The translations under genes and the position numbers were made by a program. From Hungatella sp. (GTDB lineage: Bacteria; Bacillota; Clostridia; Lachnospirales; Lachnospiraceae), in the NCBI GenBank assembly GCA_031270005.1, contig JAISYJ010000137.1:34087-98086 (forward strand): a stretch of 64,000 bases of DNA, read 5' to 3'. The notes beneath the pieces were generated by a model that was not told the DNA's origin, did no database searches, and saw only the letters and a list, made by a program, of their open reading frames with translations. Below are positions 28,841 through 37,745 of this stretch, piece after piece. Within the stretch, counting starts at the first letter, position 1. Every line of letters starts with the position of its first letter.

Positions 28841-28887
28841 CGATGGTCCTCTGTTACGGATTTTAAAATGAAGTATTAAGAACATCA
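28841..28887 (+). promoter_or_regulatory. Putative L19 leader (ribosomal protein autoregulatory RNA)
   Basis: CGATGGTCCTCTG...AAGAACATC in the rplS 5' UTR resembles the Firmicute L19 leader pattern as I recall it; no Rfam search was run. Confidence 0.55.
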
Positions 28888-28911
28888 AATAATATCAAGG
28901 AGGTTCACACA

Positions 28912-29259
28912 ATGAACGAAATTATTAAGAATATTGAAGCAGCACAGTTAAAGCAGGAAGTTCCTCAGTTCAACGTTGGCGATACCGTTAAGGTATACAA
29001 CAAGATCAAAGAGGGAGCCCGCGAGAGAATCCAGATTTTTGAAGGAACTGTTATCAAAAGACAGAACGGCGGCGCCAGAGAGACATTTACCGTAAGAAAG
29101 AATTCTAACGGCATCGGTGTTGAGAAGACCTGGCCATTACATTCCCCTTCCGTAGACAACATTGAAGTTGTAAGAAAGGGTAAAGTAAGAAGAGCAAAAC
29201 TGTATTACTTAAGAGACAGAGTTGGTAAGGCTGCTAAGGTTAAAGAATCAGTTAAATAA
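28912..29259 (+). CDS. rplS: 50S ribosomal protein L19
   Basis: [38 protein letters not shown]. Confidence 0.98.
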   Translation: MNEIIKNIEAAQLKQEVPQFNVGDTVKVYNKIKEGARERIQIFEGTVIKRQNGGARETFTVRKNSNGIGVEKTWPLHSPSVDNIEVVRKGKVRRAKLYYLRDRVGKAAKVKESVK

Positions 29260-29274
29260 TTCCGGATCAAGGTG

Positions 29275-29303
29275 AGGGGGACAATGCAAATTGTCCCTTT
29301 CTT
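29275..29303 (+). terminator. Intrinsic terminator after rplS
   Basis: GGGACAAT-GCAA-ATTGTCCC followed by TTTCTT. Confidence 0.65.
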
Positions 29304-29402
29304 GGCATAGTTACTTAAGAAAGTTCAGTTCACCATGCTCACCAAATGACCAATTATGCCAAGGGAATCGAACTTTCTTATAATAGATGGGGTGTTTCAT
29401 AC

Positions 29403-29954
29403 ATGGATTTTTATCACAGTGAAGATAATAGTAAGCTCCGGCAAATAGTCAACTGGGTGGTTGACATTGTAGTAGTGATTGCATTGGCATGGTTTCTGGT
29501 CTATGCTTATGGAACACAGATCGCGATTGCAGGGCATTCCATGCTTCCTCTTCTCGCCTCGGATGATGTGGTATTGATGGACCGGCTGGCTTATGATTTT
29601 GGAAACCCGGACCGGTTTGACGTGGTAGTATTTCAAAGAGAAGACCAGAAAATGAATGTAAAGAGGGTCATCGGCCTGCCAGGTGAAACCGTGCAGATAA
29701 AAACTGATGAAATCTTTATTGACGGCGAAAAACTAAAAGACCCCTCCGGTTCTGGCAGGATTTCTCTGGCCGGGCTTGCGGAAAAGCCGGTTAAGCTTGG
29801 AGAAGATGAATATTTCCTGCTGGGTGATAACAGAGACAGCAGCGAGGACAGCCGTTTTGCCAATATCGGAAATGTAAGCAGAGACCAGATCCAGGGAAAG
29901 GTATGGTTCCGCATACTGCCTTTTATAAAAATGGAACTAATTCGTTCAAAGTAG
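29403..29954 (+). CDS. lepB: Signal peptidase I
   Basis: N-terminal TM; GHSMLP (catalytic Ser), VKRVIGLPGE (Lys), GDNRDSSEDSR. Confidence 0.93.
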   Translation: MDFYHSEDNSKLRQIVNWVVDIVVVIALAWFLVYAYGTQIAIAGHSMLPLLASDDVVLMDRLAYDFGNPDRFDVVVFQREDQKMNVKRVIGLPGETVQIKTDEIFIDGEKLKDPSGSGRISLAGLAEKPVKLGEDEYFLLGDNRDSSEDSRFANIGNVSRDQIQGKVWFRILPFIKMELIRSK

Positions 29955-29963
29955 AGGAATGTT

Positions 29964-30806
29964 ATGAATATACAATGGTATCCCGGTCATATGACCAAAG
30001 CCAAAAGGGCTATGAAAGAAGATATCAAATTAATTGATTTGATAATAGAACTGGTGGACGCAAGAGTCCCCTTAAGCAGCCGGAACCCTGATATTGATGA
30101 ATTAGGGGCCGGAAAGGCGCGAATCGTTCTGCTTAATAAATCTGATCTTGCAGATGAACGCTGCAACAGCGCCTGGGAGTCTTATTTTGTTGCCAAGGGC
30201 TGCCACGTTGTCAAGGTAAATTCCAGAAGCGGGGCAGGATTAAAGCAGATTAACGGCGTTGTCCAGGAGGCATGCAAGGAGAAAATAGAACGTGACCGCA
30301 GAAAAGGAATTTTAAACCGCCCGGTGAGAGCTATGGTGGTTGGGATTCCCAATGTGGGAAAGTCTACTTTCATCAATTCCTTTGCAGGAAAAGCATGCGC
30401 AAAGACAGGAAACAGGCCAGGTGTGACAAAAGGGAATCAATGGATCAGGCTCAATAAGAGCCTGGAGCTTCTTGATACGCCAGGTATTTTGTGGCCGAAA
30501 TTCGAGGATCAGCAGGTGGGAATCAAACTCGCTCTCATTGGCTCCGTCAATGATGAGATCTTAAATAAGGATGAACTGGCCATGGAACTCATCCGTTTCG
30601 TGACAAAAGAATATCCGAAAGTTCTTTCTGAAAGATATGGAATAGAGACAGAAGATGCTTTTGAGGTATTAAGGCAGGTGGCAAAGGCAAGGGCCTGTCT
30701 TGCAAAGGGCGGGGAACTGGATCTGGTGAAGGCTTCAAATCTTTTGATCGACGATTTCAGAAGCGGAAAGCTGGGACGGATGACTCTGGAATCACCTGTG
30801 CAGTAG
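29964..30806 (+). CDS. rbgA: Ribosome biogenesis GTPase RbgA/YlqF
   Basis: IQWYPGHMTKA, DARVPLSS, GIPNVGKS, LDTPGILWP. Confidence 0.97.
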   Translation: MNIQWYPGHMTKAKRAMKEDIKLIDLIIELVDARVPLSSRNPDIDELGAGKARIVLLNKSDLADERCNSAWESYFVAKGCHVVKVNSRSGAGLKQINGVVQEACKEKIERDRRKGILNRPVRAMVVGIPNVGKSTFINSFAGKACAKTGNRPGVTKGNQWIRLNKSLELLDTPGILWPKFEDQQVGIKLALIGSVNDEILNKDELAMELIRFVTKEYPKVLSERYGIETEDAFEVLRQVAKARACLAKGGELDLVKASNLLIDDFRSGKLGRMTLESPVQ

Positions 30807-30820
30807 CCGGAATTAAATGA

Positions 30821-30861
30821 TAGGGTTTTGCTTTTTGGAAGAAGAGCAAGACCCTGTTTTT
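30821..30861 (+). terminator. Hairpin between rbgA and rnhB
   Basis: AGGGTTTTGCTTTT...AAGAGCAAGACCCT followed by GTTTTT. Confidence 0.5.
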
Positions 30862-30887
30862 CAATCATAAAATGGGAGCTTAAAGAA

Positions 30888-31538
30888 ATGAGAAAATTAA
30901 CAGAAGAAAAACTTCAGGCGGAACGAGAGCGACTGGAAAACATGAAAGAGTTTGAATACCGGTATGAGGATCATATACTGGTCTGCGGTATCGATGAAGC
31001 AGGACGGGGGCCTCTGGCAGGACCGGTGGTGGCCGGCGCAGTGATCCTTCCCAGGGCCTGCGAGATTCTTTTTTTAAATGATTCAAAAAAGCTGTCAGAG
31101 AAACGGCGGGAAGCCCTGTTTGAAGAGATCCAGGAAAAAGCTTCCGCTTATGCGGTGGGAGTAGTGGGAGCAGACAGGGTCGATGAAATAAATATCCTTC
31201 AGGCTACCTATGAAGCGATGAGGCTTGCCATAAGTAAATTGGGAGTGGAGCCGGAGGTTCTTTTAAATGATGCGGTCACGATCCCTGGCATTGCCGTTTC
31301 CCAGGTTCCCATTGTCAAGGGAGATTCAAAAAGTGTGTCAATTGCCGCCGCAAGCATCATGGCCAAAGTGACCAGGGATCATATGATGGAAGAATATGAT
31401 AAAATATTTCCGGAATATGGTTTTGCAAAGCATAAAGGGTATGGGACGGCCTTTCATATTAATGCCTTAAAGGAGTTTGGCCCCTGCCCCATTCACAGGC
31501 GCAGTTTTATTAAAAATTTTGTGGGAGGCTCTCTTTGA
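30888..31538 (+). CDS. rnhB: Ribonuclease HII
   Basis: GIDEAGRGPLAGPVV, DSKKL, KGDSKS, AAASIMAKVTRD, KGYGT. Confidence 0.96.
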   Translation: MRKLTEEKLQAERERLENMKEFEYRYEDHILVCGIDEAGRGPLAGPVVAGAVILPRACEILFLNDSKKLSEKRREALFEEIQEKASAYAVGVVGADRVDEINILQATYEAMRLAISKLGVEPEVLLNDAVTIPGIAVSQVPIVKGDSKSVSIAAASIMAKVTRDHMMEEYDKIFPEYGFAKHKGYGTAFHINALKEFGPCPIHRRSFIKNFVGGSL

Positions 31539-31879
31539 AAAACCATCGGGAGGTTGGACGCCAGTTTGAGGATGCGGCCGCCGCATATCTGGAAAGTAAA
31601 GGATATGTAATATTAGAGCGAAATTATGGGGACCGTAAGGGAGAAATTGATATCATCGCAAAGGATGGAAAGGAACTCGTCTTTATCGAGGTAAAGTACC
31701 GGCGGAATCTGGAAAAAGGGGATCCTGCGGAAGCAGTCCATTTTTTGAAACAGAGAAAAATCAGGGATGCTGCCAGGAGATATCTGTACCGGCACCATCT
31801 GGGAGAGGACATTCCCTGCCGGTTTGATGTGGTGGCAATCCTGGGCCAGGAAATCCGGCTGATTAAAGACGCATTTTAA
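31535..31879 (+). CDS. yraN: YraN-family (UPF0102) putative nuclease
   Basis: GEIDIIAKD, FIEVKYR, RFDVVAI; conserved position after rnhB. Confidence 0.9.
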   Translation: MKNHREVGRQFEDAAAAYLESKGYVILERNYGDRKGEIDIIAKDGKELVFIEVKYRRNLEKGDPAEAVHFLKQRKIRDAARRYLYRHHLGEDIPCRFDVVAILGQEIRLIKDAF

Positions 31880-31890
31880 ACAAAGGTGTG

Positions 31891-32751
31891 ATGGAAAATA
31901 TGTGGAAGCGAAAAGCAAGTGATATGAGATTGGATTATAAAACAGTGGAAAAGGTGCCTTATTTGTCTTTTCCGATTTTAGAAAGAACCGGGCTGGTGAA
32001 ACAAGGATTTTCAACGAAGCTGGGCGGCGTCAGCCAGGGAAAGTTTGCTACTATGAATTTTACATTTACCCGGGGAGATAACCGGTCACATGTCCTGGAA
32101 AACTACAGTCGGATGGCAAAGGCCCTGGGAGTTGATGTGGAACGGATGGTTTTGTCCTATCAGACCCATACCACCAATGTCCGGCTGGTGGCGGAAGAGG
32201 ACGCAGGGAAAGGAATTGTAAAGGAACGGGATTATGAAGATGTGGATGGATTGATCACTAATGTTCCTGGAATTACCCTGGTCACTTTTTATGCAGATTG
32301 CGTTCCCCTTTATTTTCTGGATCCAATCCACAGAGCCGTTGGGCTCAGCCATTCCGGCTGGAGGGGAACCGTGAAACGCATGGGGGAAGTTACTGTTAAA
32401 AAAATGGAGGAAGCCTTTGGGACAAAGGCGGAGGATGTGATCGCCTGCATCGGCCCCAGCATTTGCATGGAATGCTATGAGGTGGGAAGTGAAGTCGCCC
32501 AGGAGTTTATGAAAGGGTTTGACAGGAAGCATTGGAGCGAAATATTATCGGAAAAGGAAGATGGGAAATATTTACTGGACCTTTGGCGGGCAAATGAAAT
32601 TGTGCTGCTGGAGGCAGGGGTAAAGCAGGAAAATATCCAGGTTACGGATATCTGTACTCATTGTAATTCAGATCTTTTATTTTCCCATCGGACGACCGGA
32701 AATGAGAGAGGGAATCTGGCTGCGTTTTTAGGACTCGATGAAAAAAGATAA
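31891..32751 (+). CDS. pgeF: PgeF/YfiH-family purine nucleoside phosphorylase (laccase domain); start uncertain (31888/31891/31900)
   Basis: GFSTKLGGVS, QTHT, DGLIT, ADCVP, HSGWRG, IGPSI, CT, FSHR motifs. Confidence 0.9.
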   Translation: MENMWKRKASDMRLDYKTVEKVPYLSFPILERTGLVKQGFSTKLGGVSQGKFATMNFTFTRGDNRSHVLENYSRMAKALGVDVERMVLSYQTHTTNVRLVAEEDAGKGIVKERDYEDVDGLITNVPGITLVTFYADCVPLYFLDPIHRAVGLSHSGWRGTVKRMGEVTVKKMEEAFGTKAEDVIACIGPSICMECYEVGSEVAQEFMKGFDRKHWSEILSEKEDGKYLLDLWRANEIVLLEAGVKQENIQVTDICTHCNSDLLFSHRTTGNERGNLAAFLGLDEKR

Positions 32752-32768
32752 CCTTTAATGATACAGAT

Positions 32769-32887
32769 GGAGAGATGCTGTTAAGCTGACTTAAGTTCGC
32801 TTACAGCATCTCCCTTTTGTTAAAATAAAAAGGAGCATTGCCCCGGCATGAATTATGATAATTTCATGCCCTGGTGCAATACTCCTT
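32769..32887. terminator. Back-to-back terminators between convergent pgeF and prs
   Basis: GAGATGCTG...CAGCATCTC plus T-run (plus strand); AAGGAGCATTGC..GGCATGAA/TTCATGCC..GCAATACTCCTT preceded by an A-run (minus strand). Confidence 0.65.
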
Positions 32888-32915
32888 TCCGCTTTTACGA
32901 AAGCGAAGCAGATTC

Positions 32916-34094
32916 TTATGCCCGATATTTTTTTAACAAATTCTGTATCTTTTCTGTAGAAGAAAGGGCAGTACTTATGGGCACATCATGATTTAAAGAA
33001 TTAACAATTGCCGCAATGTATTTGCTGATGTCTGCTTCCACATACCATTCTCTGTCAAGCAATTCCATGGGACGGTAATTTAAATTTGTTGTAACGACAC
33101 AGTCTATGTAGCCCCGGCTGTAATACTCGTCAAATTTAGCCAGTCCGTTGGTAAACAGGCCAAAGGTACAGCAAACAATTACCTTGTCCGCTTTCCGCTC
33201 CTTTAATTCCTTAGCCGTATCCAGCATGCTTTCTCCGGAGGAGATCATATCATCTACGATCAGCACCGTTTTGCCCTCTACGGAAGCGCCTAAGAACTCA
33301 TGGGCAACGATAGGGTTCCGCCCGTCTATCACTTTGGAGTAATCTCGTCTTTTATAAAACATACCCATGTCCACGCTTAAGTTGTTTGCCAGGTATACGG
33401 CACGGTCCATGGCACCCTCATCCGGGCTGATCACCATTAAATGCTCTTTATCAATCTTTAAATCCGGACACTTCCTCAATACTGCCTTGACAAACTGGTA
33501 AGTGGGCATGAAATTGTCAAATCCATTTAACGGGATGGCATTTTGGACCCTGGGATCGTGGGCGTCAAAGGTAATGATGTTGCTGACTCCCATATGTACC
33601 AGTTCTTCCAAAGCCATGGCGCAGTCTAAAGATTCCCTTTTGGTTCTCTTATGCTGGCGGCTCTCATATAAAAACGGCATAATAACACATACCCTGTGGG
33701 CCGTTGCGCTGCAGGCGCCAATGATTCTTTTTAAATCCTGAAAATGGTCATCAGGAGACATGTGGTTGGTATAACCATTGACGGTATAGGTTATGCTGTT
33801 ATTGGTGACGTCTGCCATCACAAATACGTCCGTGCCACGGACAGATTCCCTGATGATGCCTTTCGCTTCTCCGCTTCCAAAACGCGGGCATTCGCATTTG
33901 AGAAGATAGGAGTCCACATCGTATCCGCGATAGTGAAGATCAGCTTTTCGGCGTATAAGCTCCTGGATATCATTTCTGCGGAAACCTACGATGTGGTCGT
34001 TTACTTTCCCGGCCAATTCCCGGCAGCTTTCCAGCGCTGCAATCTTTAAGGGAGCAACAGGTAGCTGGTCGTTAAATACATAATCATTTGCCAT
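32916..34094 (-). CDS. prs: Ribose-phosphate pyrophosphokinase
   Basis: The reverse complement gives MANDYVFND...KKYRA (TTA at 32916, CAT at 34092-94, RBS GGAGG on minus). Motifs FGSGE, PFLYESRQ, DAHDP, SPDEGA, VDDMISSG. The track's '+' label is wrong. Confidence 0.92.
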   Translation of the reverse strand: MANDYVFNDQLPVAPLKIAALESCRELAGKVNDHIVGFRRNDIQELIRRKADLHYRGYDVDSYLLKCECPRFGSGEAKGIIRESVRGTDVFVMADVTNNSITYTVNGYTNHMSPDDHFQDLKRIIGACSATAHRVCVIMPFLYESRQHKRTKRESLDCAMALEELVHMGVSNIITFDAHDPRVQNAIPLNGFDNFMPTYQFVKAVLRKCPDLKIDKEHLMVISPDEGAMDRAVYLANNLSVDMGMFYKRRDYSKVIDGRNPIVAHEFLGASVEGKTVLIVDDMISSGESMLDTAKELKERKADKVIVCCTFGLFTNGLAKFDEYYSRGYIDCVVTTNLNYRPMELLDREWYVEADISKYIAAIVNSLNHDVPISTALSSTEKIQNLLKKYRA

Positions 34095-34161
34095 GACAAA
34101 GATTCCTCCATAATAAATCAACAGCCAGTCGTAAGACTGCCTGCTTTTAATCTTACACCCT

Positions 34162-34191
34162 TTTATACCATTGAATGACAGAATGCGTCAA
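34162..34191 (-). promoter_or_regulatory. Promoter for prs
   Basis: Minus strand: TTGACG, 18 bp, TG-G-TATAAA. Confidence 0.55.
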
Positions 34192-34234
34192 TAGCTTCGG
34201 TCGTATTTCCAGGAAAAAAACAAAAAAGGCTTCC

Positions 34235-34263
34235 TTTACAAAGAGTAACAATCTTGTTATGAT
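34235..34263 (+). promoter_or_regulatory. Promoter for the DUF512-der-plsY-gpsA operon
   Basis: TTTACA (34235-40), 17 bp, TG-T-TATGAT (34258-63). Confidence 0.65.
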
Positions 34264-34295
34264 ATATGGGACAGCTACAGAAAGGTAAAATTAAG

Positions 34296-35762
34296 ATGAG
34301 CAAAAGAGGACATATCATAAAAGAAGTTGATTCCGGCTCCATAGCAGATCAGCTGGAACTGGAGCCAGGGGATACGGTCCTGTCCATAGATGGTCATGAA
34401 CTGGAAGACATTTTTGATTATGAGTATTACATTAACAGCGAGTCCATTCTCATGACCGTGAAAAAAAAAGACGGGGAAGAATGGGAGCTGGAAATAGAAA
34501 ACCAATACGAGGATCTGGGTATTACCTTTGAAAACGGACTCATGAGTGAATACAGATCCTGCCGGAATAAATGCATTTTCTGCTTTATAGACCAGATGCC
34601 CCCTGGAATGAGAGAAACCCTGTATTTTAAGGATGACGATTCCAGGCTTTCCTTTTTGCAGGGGAACTACGTGACGCTGACTAACATGAGCGATCATGAC
34701 ATTGACCGCATCATAAAGTTTAAGCTGGCACCGATCAACATTTCCGTTCATACGACCAATCCTGCTTTAAGGTGTGAGATGCTTCACAACCGGTTTGCAG
34801 GCCAAGCCCTGGATAAGATCAAGAGGCTGTATGAGGCAGGGATCCCGATGAACGGACAGATTGTGCTTTGCAAGGGCGTGAATGACGGAAAGGAGCTGGA
34901 GAGGACCATAAAGGATTTATCAGAATACCTTCCGTATATGGAGAGTGTATCCGCCGTCCCTGTTGGAATGTCAAAATACCGGGATGGCCTGTATCCTTTA
35001 CAGCCCTTTACAGCTGAAGATGCAAAAGAGATCGTGGAGATCATCGGACGATGGCAGAAAAAGCTTTTTAAAACCCATGGAACCCATTTCATTCATGCCA
35101 GTGACGAGCTTTATATCCTGGCGGGGCTGCCTTTTCCGGAAGAGAGCCGTTACGACGGATATATTCAGCTGGAAAACGGCGTAGGCATGCTGCGGCTTTT
35201 GGATGAGGAGATTAAGGCCGCTCTGGAAACCATGGAAGACGACCATAAGTCTGAAGAAATCTCAATCGCAACAGGCAGGCTTGCTGCTCCTTATATTGAA
35301 AGACATGCAAAAATGGTACAGGAAAAATTTCCAGGGCGGGTCATTCACGTTTATGCTATTACCAATGTCTTTTTCGGGGAGCAAATCACAGTGGCAGGCT
35401 TAATCACCGGCCAGGATTTAATCGGACAGCTTAAGGGACAGGCACTGGGCAGACGGTTATTGCTTCCGGAATGTATGTTCCGAAGCGGAGAAGAGGTATT
35501 TCTTGATGACCTGACCCGCCAGGATGTACAAAATGCTTTACAAGTACAGGTAGATATTGTAAAATCAAGCGGTCAGGATTTTGTACAGGCAGTTCTTGAG
35601 CCGGTAGAAGAGAGTGAAGCTTCTTATGAAGCATATGAGTTAAACACCCTTGCGGGTATACCTTTATGCCCGGAAAACATGGGCGAGGGAGAGAAATACC
35701 CTTCGGGTATATCTTTATGCCAAAAAAGCATGGGCAAAGAGGAGAAAGGAAATATTATATGA
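34296..35762 (+). CDS. PDZ + DUF512 putative radical-SAM protein (TIGR03279-like) with repeat-derived C-terminal extension
   Basis: N-terminal PDZ-like region; CRNKCIFC (CxxxCxxC), [23 protein letters not shown]; conserved position upstream of der. Confidence 0.88.
   Translation: MSKRGHIIKEVDSGSIADQLELEPGDTVLSIDGHELEDIFDYEYYINSESILMTVKKKDGEEWELEIENQYEDLGITFENGLMSEYRSCRNKCIFCFIDQMPPGMRETLYFKDDDSRLSFLQGNYVTLTNMSDHDIDRIIKFKLAPINISVHTTNPALRCEMLHNRFAGQALDKIKRLYEAGIPMNGQIVLCKGVNDGKELERTIKDLSEYLPYMESVSAVPVGMSKYRDGLYPLQPFTAEDAKEIVEIIGRWQKKLFKTHGTHFIHASDELYILAGLPFPEESRYDGYIQLENGVGMLRLLDEEIKAALETMEDDHKSEEISIATGRLAAPYIERHAKMVQEKFPGRVIHVYAITNVFFGEQITVAGLITGQDLIGQLKGQALGRRLLLPECMFRSGEEVFLDDLTRQDVQNALQVQVDIVKSSGQDFVQAVLEPVEESEASYEAYELNTLAGIPLCPENMGEGEKYPSGISLCQKSMGKEEKGNII
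35644..35746 (+). repeat. Family-1 junction repeat: two tandem copies inside the DUF512 gene 3' end
   Basis: ACACCCTTGCGGGTATACCTTTATGCCCGGAAAACATGGGCGAGGGAGAGAA and ATACCCTTCGGGTATATCTTTATGCCAAAAAAGCATGGGCAAAGAGGAGAA. Confidence 0.92.
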
Positions 35763-37087
35763 GTAAACCAGTGGTTGCCATCGTAGGCCGCCCCAATGTG
35801 GGAAAGTCTACTTTATTTAATGTTTTGGCCGGTGATACTATTTCTATTGTAAAAGACACACCGGGCGTTACCAGGGATCGGATCTATGCAGACTGTACCT
35901 GGCTGGATATGAATTTCACCCTGATTGATACGGGAGGCATTGAGCCGGACAGCAGTGATATCATCCTGTCCCAGATGCGGGAGCAGGCGGAAATAGCCAT
36001 TGCCACTGCAGATGTTATCATCTTTATCGTGGATGTCCGTCAGGGACTGGTGGATGCGGATTCCAAGGTCGCTGACATACTTCGGAAATCAAAAAAGCCT
36101 ATCGTCCTTGCGGTCAATAAGGTGGATAGCTTCCAGAAGTTTGGTAATGATGTATATGAGTTCTATAACCTGGGAATCGGTGATCCTGTTCCTGTTTCCG
36201 CAGCTTCCAGACTGGGCCTTGGAGAGCTTCTTGATGAAGTAGCAAAACATTTTGGTGCTTTTGATACAGATGAAGAAGAGGATGACAGGCCGAGAATTGC
36301 AGTTGTGGGAAAACCAAACGTAGGAAAATCTTCTATTATAAATCAGCTTTTGGGAGAAAACCGGGTCATTGTCTCCAACATTGCAGGCACTACCAGGGAT
36401 GCGGTGGATACAGAGATCGTCCATAATGGCACTGAATATGTGTTCATTGATACGGCAGGGCTGAGACGGAAAAGTAAGATCAAAGAGGAACTGGAGCGCT
36501 ACAGCATCATCCGCACCGTTACAGCAGTTGAACGGGCCGATGTGGTGGTAGTGGTTATTGATGCTGAGGAAGGCGTAACCGAGCAGGACGCAAAAATTGC
36601 GGGTATTGCCCATGAGCGCGGTAAGGGCATCATTGTTGCAGTCAACAAATGGGATGCCATTGAAAAGAATGATAAGACCATCTATGAATATACAAATAAG
36701 ATCAAAAACACCCTGTCCTTTATGCCTTATGCAGAGTACCTGTTTATCTCAGCAAAAACCGGACAGAGGATGAATAAGCTGTTCGAGGTGATTGATATGG
36801 TTCGGGAGAACCAGACCCTTCGGGTAGCTACCGGAGTTCTAAACGAAATCATGACAGAAGCCGTGGCCCTTCAGCAGCCGCCGTCTGACAAGGGCAAGCG
36901 GTTAAGGCTCTATTATATCACCCAGGTTGCCGTAAAGCCGCCTACTTTTGTAATCTTTGTAAATGACAAAGAACTGACCCACTTTTCTTATACCAGATAC
37001 TTAGAAAACAGGATCCGGGAAGCATTCGGTTTCCGGGGAACCTCCCTTAAGTTTATATATAGAGAAAGAAGCGGAAAGGAACAGTAG
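35759..37087 (+). CDS. der: Ribosome biogenesis GTPase Der/EngA
   Basis: Two G domains ([12 protein letters not shown] and [12 protein letters not shown]), C-terminal KH-like domain; ATG 35759 overlaps the upstream TGA. Confidence 0.98.
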   Translation: MSKPVVAIVGRPNVGKSTLFNVLAGDTISIVKDTPGVTRDRIYADCTWLDMNFTLIDTGGIEPDSSDIILSQMREQAEIAIATADVIIFIVDVRQGLVDADSKVADILRKSKKPIVLAVNKVDSFQKFGNDVYEFYNLGIGDPVPVSAASRLGLGELLDEVAKHFGAFDTDEEEDDRPRIAVVGKPNVGKSSIINQLLGENRVIVSNIAGTTRDAVDTEIVHNGTEYVFIDTAGLRRKSKIKEELERYSIIRTVTAVERADVVVVVIDAEEGVTEQDAKIAGIAHERGKGIIVAVNKWDAIEKNDKTIYEYTNKIKNTLSFMPYAEYLFISAKTGQRMNKLFEVIDMVRENQTLRVATGVLNEIMTEAVALQQPPSDKGKRLRLYYITQVAVKPPTFVIFVNDKELTHFSYTRYLENRIREAFGFRGTSLKFIYRERSGKEQ

Positions 37088-37088
37088 T

Positions 37089-37730
37089 ATGGAACGAATC
37101 ATCTGTCTTTTTGCAGGTTATTTATTTGGACTCATACAGTCTGGTTATTTTTACGGAAAGGCCCATAAAATCGATATCCGGAATTACGGAAGCGGTAATT
37201 CCGGTACAACCAATGCCTTAAGGGTCATGGGGGCAAAGGCCGGAGCAGTGGTCTTTTTCGGGGATTTTTTAAAGTCATTGCTGCCTTGCCTTATGATCCG
37301 GGTCCTGTTCCGGTCCCAGCCGGAGATGATTTATCTTCTGTTATTGTATACGGGCTTTGGTGTTATTCTGGGCCATAATTACCCGTTCTATCTTAATTTC
37401 AAGGGCGGCAAGGGCATAGCGGCCACTGCCGGGCTGATCGTAGCTGCCGATTTAAGAATGACGCTTTTATGTCTGGTGGCATTTATTTTGATCGTTGCCA
37501 TTACAAGATATGTTTCTCTGGGCTCCCTGGTGGTTGCAACGATTTTTATTGTATGGATGTTCCTCTTTGGATGGATGGGAGCCTATGGTATTGATCAAAA
37601 ATTGCTGCCGGAATTCTACATAGTGGCGGCGCTCATAAGCGGTCAGGCATTTTGGCGCCACCGGGCAAATATCGGACGCCTTGTCCGCGGCAGAGAGAAT
37701 AAAATTTCCTTTGGTTCAGGAAAAAAATAA
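37089..37730 (+). CDS. plsY: Glycerol-3-phosphate acyltransferase PlsY
   Basis: GSGNSGTTN, DFLK, GHNYPFYLNFKGGKGIA, RHRANI. Confidence 0.95.
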   Translation: MERIICLFAGYLFGLIQSGYFYGKAHKIDIRNYGSGNSGTTNALRVMGAKAGAVVFFGDFLKSLLPCLMIRVLFRSQPEMIYLLLLYTGFGVILGHNYPFYLNFKGGKGIAATAGLIVAADLRMTLLCLVAFILIVAITRYVSLGSLVVATIFIVWMFLFGWMGAYGIDQKLLPEFYIVAALISGQAFWRHRANIGRLVRGRENKISFGSGKK

Positions 37731-37745
37731 AATGAGGTGAAGAAA

